Source: Thiotrichales bacterium
GTDB lineage: Bacteria; Pseudomonadota; Gammaproteobacteria; JAABTG01
Assembly (NCBI GenBank): GCA_011389995.1
Contig: JAABTG010000009.1
Coordinates: forward strand, 13,482 to 77,481
Direction of reading: 5' to 3'
DNA: 64,000 nucleotides
In this document: positions 37,921-47,642 of the stretch, piece by piece
How the letters are laid out: every line of letters starts with the position of its first letter
How positions within the stretch are numbered: the stretch's first letter is position 1
Notes under the pieces: generated by a model
What the model saw: the letters and a program-made list of their open reading frames with translations, nothing else
Told to the model about the DNA's origin: nothing
The model's database searches: none
Position numbers and translations under genes: made by a program

Positions 37921-37950
37921 AGATGGGGAGCGGGCGGCCGAAAATCAACC
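37921..37950 (-). promoter_or_regulatory. Putative sigma32-type heat-shock promoter for grpE-dnaK-dnaJ
   Basis: The reverse complement reads ggTTGATTTtcggccgcccgctCCCCATCT: a -35 TTGATTT and a -10 CCCCATCT separated by 13 nt, compared with the sigma32 consensus CTTGAAA-N13-15-CCCCATNT. It sits ~75 nt upstream of grpE. Pattern match only. Confidence 0.3.
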
Positions 37951-38078
37951 CCGCCGAAAGGCGCGCCAGCGGCGACGCGGGATGGGAGGATTCTAGGGAC
38001 TTGGCGGCCGCAGAACAAACGCCACCGCGGCGTCCTCATCGCGGCGGGGGCCTGTCGGATGGCGGAATGGGCGCGGCT

Positions 38079-39128
38079 TCAGTGGGATTGATGCAGGGCC
38101 GCACCCAGCAGCCGGGCGGTCATATCCACGATGGGGATGACGCGATCGTAGGCCATGCGGGTAGGCCCGATGACGCCGAGCACGCCCACCAGCTGGCCAT
38201 CCACCCGGTAGGGGGCGGTGACCACGCTGCAGTCGTCCAGGGCCTCGTAGCCCGACTCCTCGCCAATGAAGATCTGGATGCCGTCGGCACTGATGGCCCC
38301 GTCCAGCAGGTGCAGGATCTGGCTCTTCTCGTTGAAGACCTCGAACAGCTGACGCAACTTCCCGGTGTCCGCCAACTCCGCCAGCCCCATGAGGTTGGTC
38401 TGGCCTGCCAGCAGGTAATCGTTCTCCTCCGCCGTGGCCAGGGCCTTGTCGGCGATCTCGATGGCGTCCCGCATCAGCTGGTCCATGTGGTCGCGGGTGT
38501 TCTGCATCTCCGTCAGCACCCGCCGGCGGATCTCGAACAGATCGTGACCGGCAAAGGTGGAATTGAGGTAATTCGATGCCTGTTCCAGCTCGCCAGGCGA
38601 ATAATCCCGGTCCACCGTGATGATGCGGTTCTCCACCTCGGAGTTGTTCACCACCAGGATCACCAGCACCCGGCGCTCGGACAGGGGCAGGAATTCCACC
38701 TGACGCAGCCGCAGGCGGTCATGGTGAGGCAGGGTCACCAGCCCCGCCAGGCGCGTGAACTCCGACAGCAGATTCGAGGTGTTGGACATGAGTTCCCGGA
38801 TGGAGACGTCGGGCGCCAGTTTGGCGCGCAGGCGCTCGGCCTCCGAACTATCCAGGGGCTGGACCGTGAGCAGGGAATCGATGAACAACCGCAGGCCCTG
38901 GCTGGTGGGAATACGCCCGGCGGAGGTATGGGGGGAGCGCACCAGGCCCATATCCTCCAGGTCCGACATGACATTACGCACCGTGGCCGGGCTGAGTTCC
39001 AGCCCGGAATCCCGGGACAGGGTGCGCGACCCTACCGGCTGGCCCTCCCGCAGATAGCGCTCTATGAGCACCCGCAGGAGACGCTGGGCCCGTTCATCGA
39101 TGTCGTGTTGGGGGGATACTTCGCCCAT
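38079..39128 (-). CDS. hrcA: Heat-inducible transcription repressor HrcA
   Basis: 349 aa; N-terminal winged helix (ERAQRLLRVLIERYLREGQPVGSRTLS), HrcA family. Sits upstream of grpE-dnaK-dnaJ. Confidence 0.85.
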   Translation of the reverse strand: MGEVSPQHDIDERAQRLLRVLIERYLREGQPVGSRTLSRDSGLELSPATVRNVMSDLEDMGLVRSPHTSAGRIPTSQGLRLFIDSLLTVQPLDSSEAERLRAKLAPDVSIRELMSNTSNLLSEFTRLAGLVTLPHHDRLRLRQVEFLPLSERRVLVILVVNNSEVENRIITVDRDYSPGELEQASNYLNSTFAGHDLFEIRRRVLTEMQNTRDHMDQLMRDAIEIADKALATAEENDYLLAGQTNLMGLAELADTGKLRQLFEVFNEKSQILHLLDGAISADGIQIFIGEESGYEALDDCSVVTAPYRVDGQLVGVLGVIGPTRMAYDRVIPIVDMTARLLGAALHQSH

Positions 39129-39387
39129 GGGTTCTCGCGTCCGTAACAGCCGGGCGGGTTACCCCGCCAGGGTATGGATGATGAGGGCGCCGGCCGGCCA
39201 AAACCCGCAGGTCTCGTGGCAGTAACACCCACTCGATGTGATGGGGCGTCGGAAGACCTGCGGCGTCCTCGGCCTCATCGCCCGAAACTCGCTGGCGACG
39301 GGGCCATCCTCAGGAATCTAGAATTGGGTAATTCTCAGCAAAAGACAAGCCTTCCCTCCCCGTGGCCGCGCCGCTGGTTGGCGACAC

Positions 39388-40329
39388 ATGGGCCCCATGC
39401 TACTTTCGTCACACCTTCGACCCGCCACCCAGGGACCACCTTTGTTCAAACACATCGGGCTCATCGCCAAGACCAATCACGCCAGGGTCCGTGACACCCT
39501 CGAGGCCCTGGTCTCCTATCTGGACCGGCGGGGCATGCCTCACCTGCTCCTCGGCGGCGGCGACCACCCGATGCCGGAGCACGCCGGTCCGGCGGTGGAC
39601 TACGCGACCCTCGGTGCCCAATGCGACCTGGCCATCGTGGTGGGTGGTGATGGCAGCCTGCTGAGGGCCGCCCGCGCCCTCGTGGACTACGATGTCCGGC
39701 TCATGGGCATCAACCTCGGCCGTCTGGGCTTCCTGGCGGACGTCCCGCCGGACGAAATGGAGCAGCGGCTGGATGAGATCCTGGATGGCCGGTTCGTGGA
39801 GGAACGCCGCCTGATGCTGAACGCCGTGGTCCGCCGCGACGGGGCGGCGGTGGAAGAATGCACCGGGCTCAACGATGCCGTGGTGCACAAGTGGCAGTTC
39901 TCCCGTCTCATCGAGTTCGAGGTATGCGTCGACGGCAACTTCGTGAACCGCCAGCGCTCGGACGGTATCATCGTGGCCACCCCCACCGGCTCCACGGCCT
40001 ACGCCCTGTCGGGGGGCGGCCCCATCCTCCAACCCACCCTCGAGGCCATGGTCCTGGTACCCATCTGCCCCCATACCCTGAGCAACCGTCCCATCGTGGT
40101 GGCGGCCGACAGCCGTGTGGAGATCGTGGTGCACACCTCGGATGATAACAGCGCCATGCTCACCTGTGACGGCCAGAACAGTCATCCCCTCAGGCACCTG
40201 GACGAGATCCTGATATACGCCCGGGAACGCCGCCTGCGGGTGATCCACCCGGCGGATCATGACCATTACGGGGTCCTGCGCACCAAGCTCCACTGGGGGC
40301 GGGAGTTCTACGGCCTGCCCCCCGCCTGA
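39388..40329 (+). CDS. nadK: NAD kinase
   Basis: Contains GGDGSLL, NLGRLGFLAD and DGIIVATPTGSTAYALSGGGPI motifs. Divergent from the grpE cluster, as in E. coli. The start may be an internal Met (~39397). Confidence 0.9.
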   Translation: MGPMLLSSHLRPATQGPPLFKHIGLIAKTNHARVRDTLEALVSYLDRRGMPHLLLGGGDHPMPEHAGPAVDYATLGAQCDLAIVVGGDGSLLRAARALVDYDVRLMGINLGRLGFLADVPPDEMEQRLDEILDGRFVEERRLMLNAVVRRDGAAVEECTGLNDAVVHKWQFSRLIEFEVCVDGNFVNRQRSDGIIVATPTGSTAYALSGGGPILQPTLEAMVLVPICPHTLSNRPIVVAADSRVEIVVHTSDDNSAMLTCDGQNSHPLRHLDEILIYARERRLRVIHPADHDHYGVLRTKLHWGREFYGLPPA

Positions 40330-40353
40330 GGAACGCGCGACGGCCCGCCCTCG

Positions 40354-42030
40354 ATGCTCACCAGTCTGCATATCAGGAACTTCGCCATCGTCGATGTCCT
40401 CGACCTCGAGTTCGGCGCCGGCCTGTCGGTGCTTACGGGGGAGACCGGGGCGGGCAAGTCCATCCTCGTGGACGCCCTCGCCCTGGCCCTGGGAGAGCGG
40501 GCCAACAACGCCAACCTGCGGGACGGCGAGCAGCGCACGGAGGTCAGCGCCTGCTTCGATGTGGCGGCGCGCCCGCAGGCCATCAACTGGCTCGCCGAGC
40601 GGGCCCTGGAGCCCACGGAGGAGTGCGTGATGCGGCGGGTCATCGGCACGGACGGTCGTTCCCGGGCCTTCATCAACGGCAGTCCGGTGGCCCTCCAGGA
40701 CCTCCGGGCCCTCGGTGAGTTGTTGGTGGACATCCACGGCCAGCATGCCCATCACGCCCTGCTGAGGCCCGACGTCCAGAGGGCCCTGCTGGACGACTTC
40801 GGCGACCATCGTGACCTGCTGTCCCGGGTGCGGGAGGCCCACCAGGAGTGGCGACGGCTGGAGCGGGAACTGGCGGATACCGGGGGCGACCCGGCCCAGC
40901 GCCATGCCGAACTCGAATTGCTGCGCTTCCACATCGATGAACTCACTCAGCTGGCGGTGACGGCGGGCGAGGCGGCTGGCCTGGACCAGGAGCACCGCCG
41001 TCTGGCCAACGCCGAGCGCCTGCGGGAAGGCGCGGGGGCGGTATATGACGTCCTCTACGGGGACCAGGACGGCGCCGCCCTGCCCGCGGTCCAGGCGGCG
41101 GTGAAGCAACTGGACGTCCTCGCCGCATCCGATGGGGCCCTGGCGCCCATCGGCATCCAGCTGAACGAGGCCGCCATCCAGCTGGCGGAATGTGACCGTG
41201 AGCTGCGCGGCTACGTGGAGACCATGGCCGCGGATCCCCAGCGGCTGGCGGTGGTGGAGCAGCGGCTCGATGCCCTCCATCAGGCCGCCCGCAAGCACCA
41301 GGTGACGCCGGAGGAGCTGCCTGCCCTGCTCGATGGCCTCACGGAACGTCTGGCACGGCTGGAGGATGGCGGCGAGCGGCGGCGTGAACTGGCCGCGCGG
41401 CTGGATCGGGTCAAGGAAGACTACGACGCCCATGCCCGGCGGCTGAGGGACGCCCGCAGCCGGACGGGCCGGCGGCTCGCGGAGGCCGTCACCGCCGATC
41501 TGCATCGCCTCGGCATCGCCCAGGGCACCCTGGCGGTGGAAGTCACCCCGCTGCCCGAACCCCAGGTCACCGCCCACGGCCGGGACCGGGTCGAGTTCCT
41601 GGTCACCACCAATCCCGGGCGCCCCGCCGGGCCCCTCAACAGGGTCGCTTCGGGCGGCGAGTTGTCCCGCATCAGCCTGGCCATCCAGGTGGTGGGTTCG
41701 CGGGACCACGGCATACCCACCCTGGTGTTCGATGAGGTGGACGTGGGGATCGGCGGCGGCGTGGCGGAGATGGTGGGCAACCAGCTCCGCGCCCTGGCTG
41801 CCAACCGTCAGGTGTTGTGCGTCACCCACCTGCCCCAGGTGGCCGCCCAGGGACACCAGCACCTGCGGGTGGTCAAGGCGGCGGACAACGGCGCCACCAC
41901 CACCCGCGTGGAGTCCCTAGAGGGCAGCCATCGCGTCGAGGAGGTGGCACGCATGCTCGGGGGACTCGAGATCACCCGCCACACCCGCGCCCACGCCAAA
42001 GAGATGATCCAGCGTATCGGGGGCCCCTGA
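40354..42030 (+). CDS. recN: DNA repair protein RecN
   Basis: 558 aa; N-terminal Walker A (LTGETGAGKSI), coiled coil, and a C-terminal signature motif. nadK-recN synteny. Confidence 0.9.
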   Translation: MLTSLHIRNFAIVDVLDLEFGAGLSVLTGETGAGKSILVDALALALGERANNANLRDGEQRTEVSACFDVAARPQAINWLAERALEPTEECVMRRVIGTDGRSRAFINGSPVALQDLRALGELLVDIHGQHAHHALLRPDVQRALLDDFGDHRDLLSRVREAHQEWRRLERELADTGGDPAQRHAELELLRFHIDELTQLAVTAGEAAGLDQEHRRLANAERLREGAGAVYDVLYGDQDGAALPAVQAAVKQLDVLAASDGALAPIGIQLNEAAIQLAECDRELRGYVETMAADPQRLAVVEQRLDALHQAARKHQVTPEELPALLDGLTERLARLEDGGERRRELAARLDRVKEDYDAHARRLRDARSRTGRRLAEAVTADLHRLGIAQGTLAVEVTPLPEPQVTAHGRDRVEFLVTTNPGRPAGPLNRVASGGELSRISLAIQVVGSRDHGIPTLVFDEVDVGIGGGVAEMVGNQLRALAANRQVLCVTHLPQVAAQGHQHLRVVKAADNGATTTRVESLEGSHRVEEVARMLGGLEITRHTRAHAKEMIQRIGGP

Positions 42031-42071
42031 TCCCCGCATGTTCTTTTCCGAAACCCCTTGAGGAGACCCCA

Positions 42072-42542
42072 ATGCCAGGCAAAATCGACCAGCGCCTCGC
42101 CGATCTGGGCATCGAGATACCGGTCACCCCGGCCCCCCAGTTCAACTACGTACCGGTACAGTTCAGCGACCATCTCGCCTTCGTGGCCGGCCAGGTGCCC
42201 ATGGCCGACGGCGCGGTCCGCTACAGCGGCCAGGTGGGTACCCATCTGGACGTGGAGGCGGGCCAGGCAGCCGCGCGGCTGTGCGCCATCAACATGCTGG
42301 CGCAATTGAAGACGGCCCTCGATGGCGACCTCGATCGCATCGTCAAGGTGTTGCGGGTGGGGGGCTTCGTGAGTTGTGCAGCGGATTTCACCGCCCAGGG
42401 CCAGGTCATCAACGGCGCGTCCGACCTGTTGGTGGAGGTTTTGGGAGACGCCGGGCGCCACGCCCGCGCCGCCGTGGGCTGCTCGTCCCTGCCCCTCGGG
42501 GCCGCCGTGGAGGTGGAGGGACTGTTCATGGTGGATCGCTGA
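42072..42542 (+). CDS. RidA/YjgF-family (endoribonuclease L-PSP-like) protein
   Basis: ~156 aa from MPGKIDQRLADLGIEIP. YjgF/chorismate-mutase-like fold pattern. The track ORF is N-terminally extended to 41817. Confidence 0.7.
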   Translation: MPGKIDQRLADLGIEIPVTPAPQFNYVPVQFSDHLAFVAGQVPMADGAVRYSGQVGTHLDVEAGQAAARLCAINMLAQLKTALDGDLDRIVKVLRVGGFVSCAADFTAQGQVINGASDLLVEVLGDAGRHARAAVGCSSLPLGAAVEVEGLFMVDR

Positions 42543-42544
42543 AT

Positions 42545-42573
42545 CAAGCCATGCTGGCTTTCTCAGCGCGCCC
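42545..42573. repeat. 29-bp terminator-like palindromic motif (copy in inverse orientation)
   Basis: atcaagccatgctggctttctcagcgcgc. Its reverse complement gcgctgagaaagccagcatggcttgat matches 58994-59022 (gcgctgagaaagccaggatggctttat) at 27 of 29 positions. Confidence 0.6.
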
Positions 42574-42628
42574 GAAGCGCAAAGTGGAGCCTGCAACCAT
42601 CCCGCCCGCCGTCGGCGGGCCCATCCCG

Positions 42629-42752
42629 CCTAACGGACATGGCGCGAGGCCACCCCGAAAGGATGAAAGGTGCGCCATGTCCGTCCCTCACCCCGGCCCT
42701 CTCCCAGGGGGAGAGGGAGTCCAAGGGTGTCGCTGCGCGACTTTCACGTTAA
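42629..42752 (+). repeat. 122-bp multi-hairpin intergenic repeat, copy 2, in the fur 3'UTR
   Basis: About 95% identical to 23133-23254 and in the same orientation. The terminal TTAA supplies the fur TAA stop codon. Confidence 0.85.
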
Positions 42753-43174
42753 CCCTCGTAATGGGGGCACTTGGCGCGGGTACAGTCGCCGTAGATGATG
42801 AGGGAATGGTCGGTGATGTCGAAGCCCGCCTTCTTGGCCACCGTGTGTTGATGCTTCTCGATGGTCTGATCCACGAATTCCTCGATGTAACCGCACTGAT
42901 TACACACGATATGGTCGTGATGCTTGCCTTCATAGAGTTCGAAGACCGCCTGGCCACCCTCGAAGTTATGCCTTTCCACCAGCCCGGCCGTCTCGAACTG
43001 GGTCAACACCCGGTAGACGGTCGCCAGGCCCACCTCTTCGCCGGCATCGAGTAGCGCCCGGTAGACGTCCTCGGCGCTGACGTGGCGCTTTTCCGACTGT
43101 TCGAGGATATTGAGGATGCGGATACGCGGGAGAGTGGCCTTGAGCCCGGCCTTTTTCAGATCATGACGGTCCAT
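42749..43174 (-). CDS. fur: Ferric uptake regulator Fur
   Basis: Start MDRHDLKKAGLKATLPRIRIL. Contains HHDHIVCNQCG and is collinear with E. coli Fur. The track ORF is extended to 43228. Confidence 0.9.
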   Translation of the reverse strand: MDRHDLKKAGLKATLPRIRILNILEQSEKRHVSAEDVYRALLDAGEEVGLATVYRVLTQFETAGLVERHNFEGGQAVFELYEGKHHDHIVCNQCGYIEEFVDQTIEKHQHTVAKKAGFDITDHSLIIYGDCTRAKCPHYEG

Positions 43175-43226
43175 TGGGTTCCTCAGCCGTGCATGGAATG
43201 GGGGGCATGGGATATGATGCCAGCCC

Positions 43227-44624
43227 ATGCCCAGGCACTACGGAATGAATCAGGTAATGCAAAAGCTTCTCATCATATCGTTCCTTTGCGCAAGCTCGTT
43301 CATGAGCGCCTGCAGCAGCACCCAGGTCCCATTCGTCCACCGCATGGAGATCCCCCAGGGCAACGTGGTCACCAAAGACATGGTGGAGAAACTGGAGCCG
43401 GGGCTCACCAAGCGGCAGGTCACCTACATCATGGGCTCGCCCATGCTGGTGGACGTCTTCAACCAGGAGCAGTGGGTCTACATCTACAGCTTCGAGCCGA
43501 GCTCCGGAGAACGGGTCCAGCGACAGCTCTCCCTCGGCTTCGAGGACGATGCCCTGGTGCGGGTAAGCGGCGACGTGGATGTCATCACCGAAACGTCCCT
43601 GGCGGTCCAGAGCGCCCAAGGCAAGAGCCGTTCCGTGGATGTTCCGGAGGGCGTGGGTGCGGGCTACAACGACGGCGGCATCCTCCAGGGGGTTATCGAC
43701 CGCTTCAAGGGCCTGAATCCCTGGTCCGGTAAGGACGGGCAGGAGACCGCCCAAGGCAAAGACCAGGGCAAGGACCAGGGCAAGGACCAGGACAGTGACC
43801 CGGGCAAAGGCTCCGGCGCTCCGCCACCGGCGGCCACGGCGGACACCGGCAGGGACACCATGCAGAAGTTCAGCCTGGAAGAGAAGGACATCGGCACCGT
43901 CAGCCCGCCGGACGCCGCGCGGGAAGCACCCGCGGCCGCCAACGGGGGCGACGGGGAAGAAACCGGGCCCATTGATGACAGCAGCAAGGGCTGGCGGCTC
44001 AAATTCGGCAGTGACGCCAGCAACCAGGCCTTCGCCCCCACACCCCGTGCCGCAGACCCGCCCCGGGAGTCACGCCCGGCGGCATCGGCCCGGGCCCAGG
44101 TCCCGGCCCGGACGGCCACCCCGACGTCGAACCAGCCCCCCCAGGCCGGGCAGGACGGCGATGGGCCGGGCTTTTTCAGCCGCCTGAACTCCACCCTCAA
44201 CCCCTGGGCGGACGACGAGACCACCGGCAGCGGCGGACCGGGGCCGGCCGTCGAGGCCGGCGACGCGGCTGACTCCACGGCAGGCACCGGGGCCGGCCCG
44301 GAGGGCGCGTCCGCGGAGCGCACCGAGACCATACGCCCGGTGTTGCGCCGCTCGCAGCCCGGGGAGCGGGCACCCCTGCCCCAGTTCATGGCGGGTGATC
44401 GGCCGGCCGACGCGGCGGACAGCGACGCGGCCGCGGACGAGTACGACGAGCACCGTCTCATCTTCGACAGCCCCGATCTGGGCGTCGGAGACGGGACTGC
44501 AGGGAGCGGGGAGGACCCTGAGTGGACGATTCGGGTGAAGGGACCCCGGGACGCCAGCCCTCACCAGCCCTTTGCGCCGGCCCCTTCCCAATCGTCTCCC
44601 CAGCCCGACGACAAGTCCGATTAG
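43227..44624 (+). CDS. bamE: Outer-membrane lipoprotein BamE/SmpA with a ~330-aa low-complexity C-terminal extension
   Basis: Lipobox ...SSFMSAC. BamE core LTKRQVTYIMGSPMLVDVFNQEQWVYIY. A G/D/A/P-rich tail follows, with KDQG repeats (AQGKDQGKDQGKDQ). fur-bamE and recN-bamE adjacency are conserved. The true start is probably an internal Met (43245 or 43257). Confidence 0.75.
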   Translation: MPRHYGMNQVMQKLLIISFLCASSFMSACSSTQVPFVHRMEIPQGNVVTKDMVEKLEPGLTKRQVTYIMGSPMLVDVFNQEQWVYIYSFEPSSGERVQRQLSLGFEDDALVRVSGDVDVITETSLAVQSAQGKSRSVDVPEGVGAGYNDGGILQGVIDRFKGLNPWSGKDGQETAQGKDQGKDQGKDQDSDPGKGSGAPPPAATADTGRDTMQKFSLEEKDIGTVSPPDAAREAPAAANGGDGEETGPIDDSSKGWRLKFGSDASNQAFAPTPRAADPPRESRPAASARAQVPARTATPTSNQPPQAGQDGDGPGFFSRLNSTLNPWADDETTGSGGPGPAVEAGDAADSTAGTGAGPEGASAERTETIRPVLRRSQPGERAPLPQFMAGDRPADAADSDAAADEYDEHRLIFDSPDLGVGDGTAGSGEDPEWTIRVKGPRDASPHQPFAPAPSQSSPQPDDKSD

Positions 44625-44670
44625 GGATTTACCCGAGGCCCCGGAGGGACCCACGGGCCCGGGGACGGCA

Positions 44671-45018
44671 TCAAACGGTGGGGTCGGACGACGCCTCCGG
44701 CTCCAGGTCCCCGCCCCCCTTTTTCATGCGCTTGCCTTCCTTCGCCCGCAACCGCCGCACCTCCTTGGGATCCGCGATGAGGGGCCGATAGACCTCCACC
44801 CGGTCGCGGGCCCGCAGCACCTGGTCCGGCTTGGTGACCTTACCGAAGATCCCCAGGCGACTGTTGTCGAGATCCAGCTCGGGGCAGGCCTCCAACAGGC
44901 CGGACGACTCCACCGCCTGGCGCGCCGTGGTGCCCTCCGGGACCTGCAGTTCCAGCAGCCATTGCTGCTCCGGCAGGGCATAGGCCACCTCCACGGTGAT
45001 GGTGTCAGCGTTTCCCAT
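44671..45018 (-). CDS. ratB: RnfH-family ubiquitin-like protein (RatB/YfjF)
   Basis: Start MGNADTITVEVAYALPEQQWL, RnfH family. Overlaps the ratA 3' end as in E. coli. The track ORF is extended to 45114. Confidence 0.75.
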   Translation of the reverse strand: MGNADTITVEVAYALPEQQWLLELQVPEGTTARQAVESSGLLEACPELDLDNSRLGIFGKVTKPDQVLRARDRVEVYRPLIADPKEVRRLRAKEGKRMKKGGGDLEPEASSDPTV

Positions 45019-45463
45019 AGCGCCGGTGGGCCTCCTCGACGAAGGCGTCCACGAGATGGTTGACCATGTTGTTGAACAGGCTGCCGATGGTGCGCTCCAC
45101 CAGACGGCTGGCATAGCCGAATTCGATGTCCATGGTGATCTTGGAGCCCTGGTCGCCGAGGGGAGTGAAGTGCCAGATCCCCTCCAGATGACTGAAGGGG
45201 CCCTCGATCAGGGAAAGCTCCATGCGTTCCTGAGGGAACAGGCGGTTGCGCGTGGTGAACCATCGATGCACCGGTCCCCTGGCCATCTCGATACTGGCCT
45301 TCACCTCCTTGTCGGTGCGCTCCAGCACCTTCACCGCCCGACAGCCGGGCAGAAAGCTGGGGTAGGAATCCACGTCCTCCACCAGCTCATACATGGCGGA
45401 CACCGAATAGGGCACCAGCGCCGTCTTGTGTACTTTGGCCATAGCGAGGCTACTCCCAACCAC
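45005..45463 (-). CDS. ratA: SRPBCC-fold ribosome-association toxin RatA / PasT (type II TA toxin-like)
   Basis: TALVPYSVSAMYELVEDVDSYPSFLPGC is collinear with E. coli RatA. The start is likely an internal Met (~45442). Confidence 0.8.
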   Translation of the reverse strand: MVGSSLAMAKVHKTALVPYSVSAMYELVEDVDSYPSFLPGCRAVKVLERTDKEVKASIEMARGPVHRWFTTRNRLFPQERMELSLIEGPFSHLEGIWHFTPLGDQGSKITMDIEFGYASRLVERTIGSLFNNMVNHLVDAFVEEAHRRYGKR

Positions 45464-45479
45464 GGTTCATCATGTCAGC

Positions 45480-46865
45480 TCAGCGCCCCATCCCCGACAG
45501 CACAGCGAGCACGCCGGTGACGTTCAACATCACCAGCAGGATGGCCAGCGGCACCACGTAACGGGTGAGGAACCGCCACGCCTCGTAGACCGGGCCGGGG
45601 GCCAGGGCGAGTTCCTTCTCGCTCGCGGCACGGGCGAGCTTCCAGCCCGCGAACAGGGCGATGAGCAGCCCGCCCAGGGGCAGCATCACATTGGCCGTGG
45701 TGTAGTCCATGAGGTCGAAGAAGCCCTTGCCGAACAGCGTGTAATCCGACCACAGGTTGAGGGACAGCAGCGACGGTACCCCCAGCAGCCAGGCCAGGCC
45801 GCCGCCCGCCGCCGCGCCCTTGATGCGGTTGACACCGCGGTTCTCCACCAGCCAAGCCACGATGGGCTCCAGCAGCGAGATGGCCGAGGTCCAGGCGGCG
45901 AACAACAACAGCACGAAGAACAGGGTGCCGAAAAACGCGCCCCCGGGCATCTGGCCGAAGGCCACCGGCAGGGTCTTGAAGATGAGCCCCGGTCCCCCGG
46001 CCGGCTCCAGGCCCGCGGCGAAGACGATGGGAAAGATGGCCAGACCGGCCAGCAGGGCCACCAGCGTATCGACCAGGGCGATAATACCCACGGTGCGGGG
46101 TATGGAGGCCTTGGACGACAGATAGGAGCCGTAGATCATGATGGCCCCCATGCCGAGGCTGAGGCTGAAGAAGGCCTGGCCCGCCGCCTCGAGCACACCG
46201 GTTGGCGTCAGCTTGCTGAAATCGGGCGAGAACAGGTACTCCAGACCCCGGGCGAACTCGCCGTTGCCCATGGCATATCCCACCATGGCCACCAGCAACA
46301 CGAACAGCGCCGGCATGAGAAAGCGCACCGCCTGCTCCAGGCCGCTCTTGACGCCCCGCGCCACCACCACCGTGACCATGATCATGAACACGGTGTGCCA
46401 GGCCAGCAGACGTTCCGGGTCGCTCACCAGGGAATCGAAGGCCATGCTGATGGCCTCGGCATCCATGGCGGCAAACATGCCGGAGGCGGAGCGAAAGACG
46501 TAGGCCAGGGTCCAGCCCGCCACCACGGAGTAGAAGGACAGGATCATGAATCCGGCCAGGATCCCCAGCCACCCCAGGTACTCCCAGCGCGGGTTGTGCC
46601 CCTCGTCGCGGGCCAGGGCGCGCATGGTGTTGATGGGGCTGCGCCGGCCGCGCCGCCCCAGCATCACCTCCGCGATCATGATGGGCACACCGATGAGGGC
46701 AACGCATAGCAGGTAGACGATAACGAATGCACCGCCGCCGTTCTCCCCCGCGACGTAGGGAAAACGCCAGATATTCCCCAGGCCCACGGCCGAGCCGGTG
46801 GCCGCGAGGATGAAGACGAGGCGTGACGACCACTGACCGTGGATGGATGTTCTCTGCGACGACAT
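45480..46865 (-). CDS. Sodium-dependent transporter, NSS (SNF) family
   Basis: 461 aa; GSAVGLGNIWRFPY, the NSS signature in TM1. 11-12 TM helices. Confidence 0.85.
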   Translation of the reverse strand: MSSQRTSIHGQWSSRLVFILAATGSAVGLGNIWRFPYVAGENGGGAFVIVYLLCVALIGVPIMIAEVMLGRRGRRSPINTMRALARDEGHNPRWEYLGWLGILAGFMILSFYSVVAGWTLAYVFRSASGMFAAMDAEAISMAFDSLVSDPERLLAWHTVFMIMVTVVVARGVKSGLEQAVRFLMPALFVLLVAMVGYAMGNGEFARGLEYLFSPDFSKLTPTGVLEAAGQAFFSLSLGMGAIMIYGSYLSSKASIPRTVGIIALVDTLVALLAGLAIFPIVFAAGLEPAGGPGLIFKTLPVAFGQMPGGAFFGTLFFVLLLFAAWTSAISLLEPIVAWLVENRGVNRIKGAAAGGGLAWLLGVPSLLSLNLWSDYTLFGKGFFDLMDYTTANVMLPLGGLLIALFAGWKLARAASEKELALAPGPVYEAWRFLTRYVVPLAILLVMLNVTGVLAVLSGMGR

Positions 46866-47090
46866 ATTCGTTTCCGTTATTGATGTTTTGCCGCACCGGC
46901 CGTAAAAATGCCCGTTCAGTCCAGCGCGAGCCTGATGGGCCTTTGCCGTCTCGCGAGGGCGCAGTATAACCCAATGATTCTTAATGAGAACCGGCGCACG
47001 ACGGCACGCAATGATTTAGTCATTCAAAGGGATTACCATTGCATTCTTCTGTCCGCGGAACACCCACGAGAGACCCCGTCAGCAACCACC

Positions 47091-47642
47091 ATGGCTCCTA
47101 CGGCCCCCCTCCAGACGCCACGGGCCACCCCCCTGGGGCGCCGCAACGGCTTCACCCTCATCGAGATGATGGTGGTGCTCATCATCGTGGGCGTCATCGC
47201 CAGCCTCGCCATGGTGCGCCTGACCACCGACGATGATGCCGCCCAGGCCCGGCGCGAGGCCGAACGCCTCAGCGCCCTCCTTCACCTCGCCCGCGACGAG
47301 GCCATCGTGCGGGCCCGCTCCATGGGCCTGCGCCTGGCCCCCGACGGCTACCGCTTCGCCCTGTATGACGGCGGTCGCTGGCGCGACCTCGACGACGACG
47401 GGGTGTTTCGCGCCCGCCGGCTGCCCGATCACCTGCGCCTCGCCGTCCATGGCGTGAACCGGGGGACCGCCGATGGCGACCCCCGGGATGGCCGGGAACC
47501 GCCGCCCCAGGTGATCCTCACCCCCGGTGGCGAGGCCACCCCCTTCGAACTCTCCATCGCCGGGCTGGACGGCGGCGGCGCCCAGCGCATCCACGGCGGG
47601 GCCATGGGCCGCTTCACCATCGAGACGGGCGATGAGAGCTGA
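47091..47642 (+). CDS. gspH: Type II secretion minor pseudopilin GspH
   Basis: Prepilin motif GFTLIEMMVVLIIVGVIA. Start MAPTAPLQT within track ORF 46908..47642. Confidence 0.75.
   Translation: MAPTAPLQTPRATPLGRRNGFTLIEMMVVLIIVGVIASLAMVRLTTDDDAAQARREAERLSALLHLARDEAIVRARSMGLRLAPDGYRFALYDGGRWRDLDDDGVFRARRLPDHLRLAVHGVNRGTADGDPRDGREPPPQVILTPGGEATPFELSIAGLDGGGAQRIHGGAMGRFTIETGDES

Noticed and set aside
39129-39387. CIRCE operator (TTAGCACTC-N9-GAGTGCTAA) upstream of hrcA, and a sigma32-like promoter around 39238-39247
   Set aside because: No match to the CIRCE consensus was seen by eye in the hrcA or grpE upstream regions. A CCCCAT -10-like hexamer exists, but no convincing -35 at the right spacing. 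Only the grpE-proximal sigma32 candidate (37921-37950) was kept, at low confidence.
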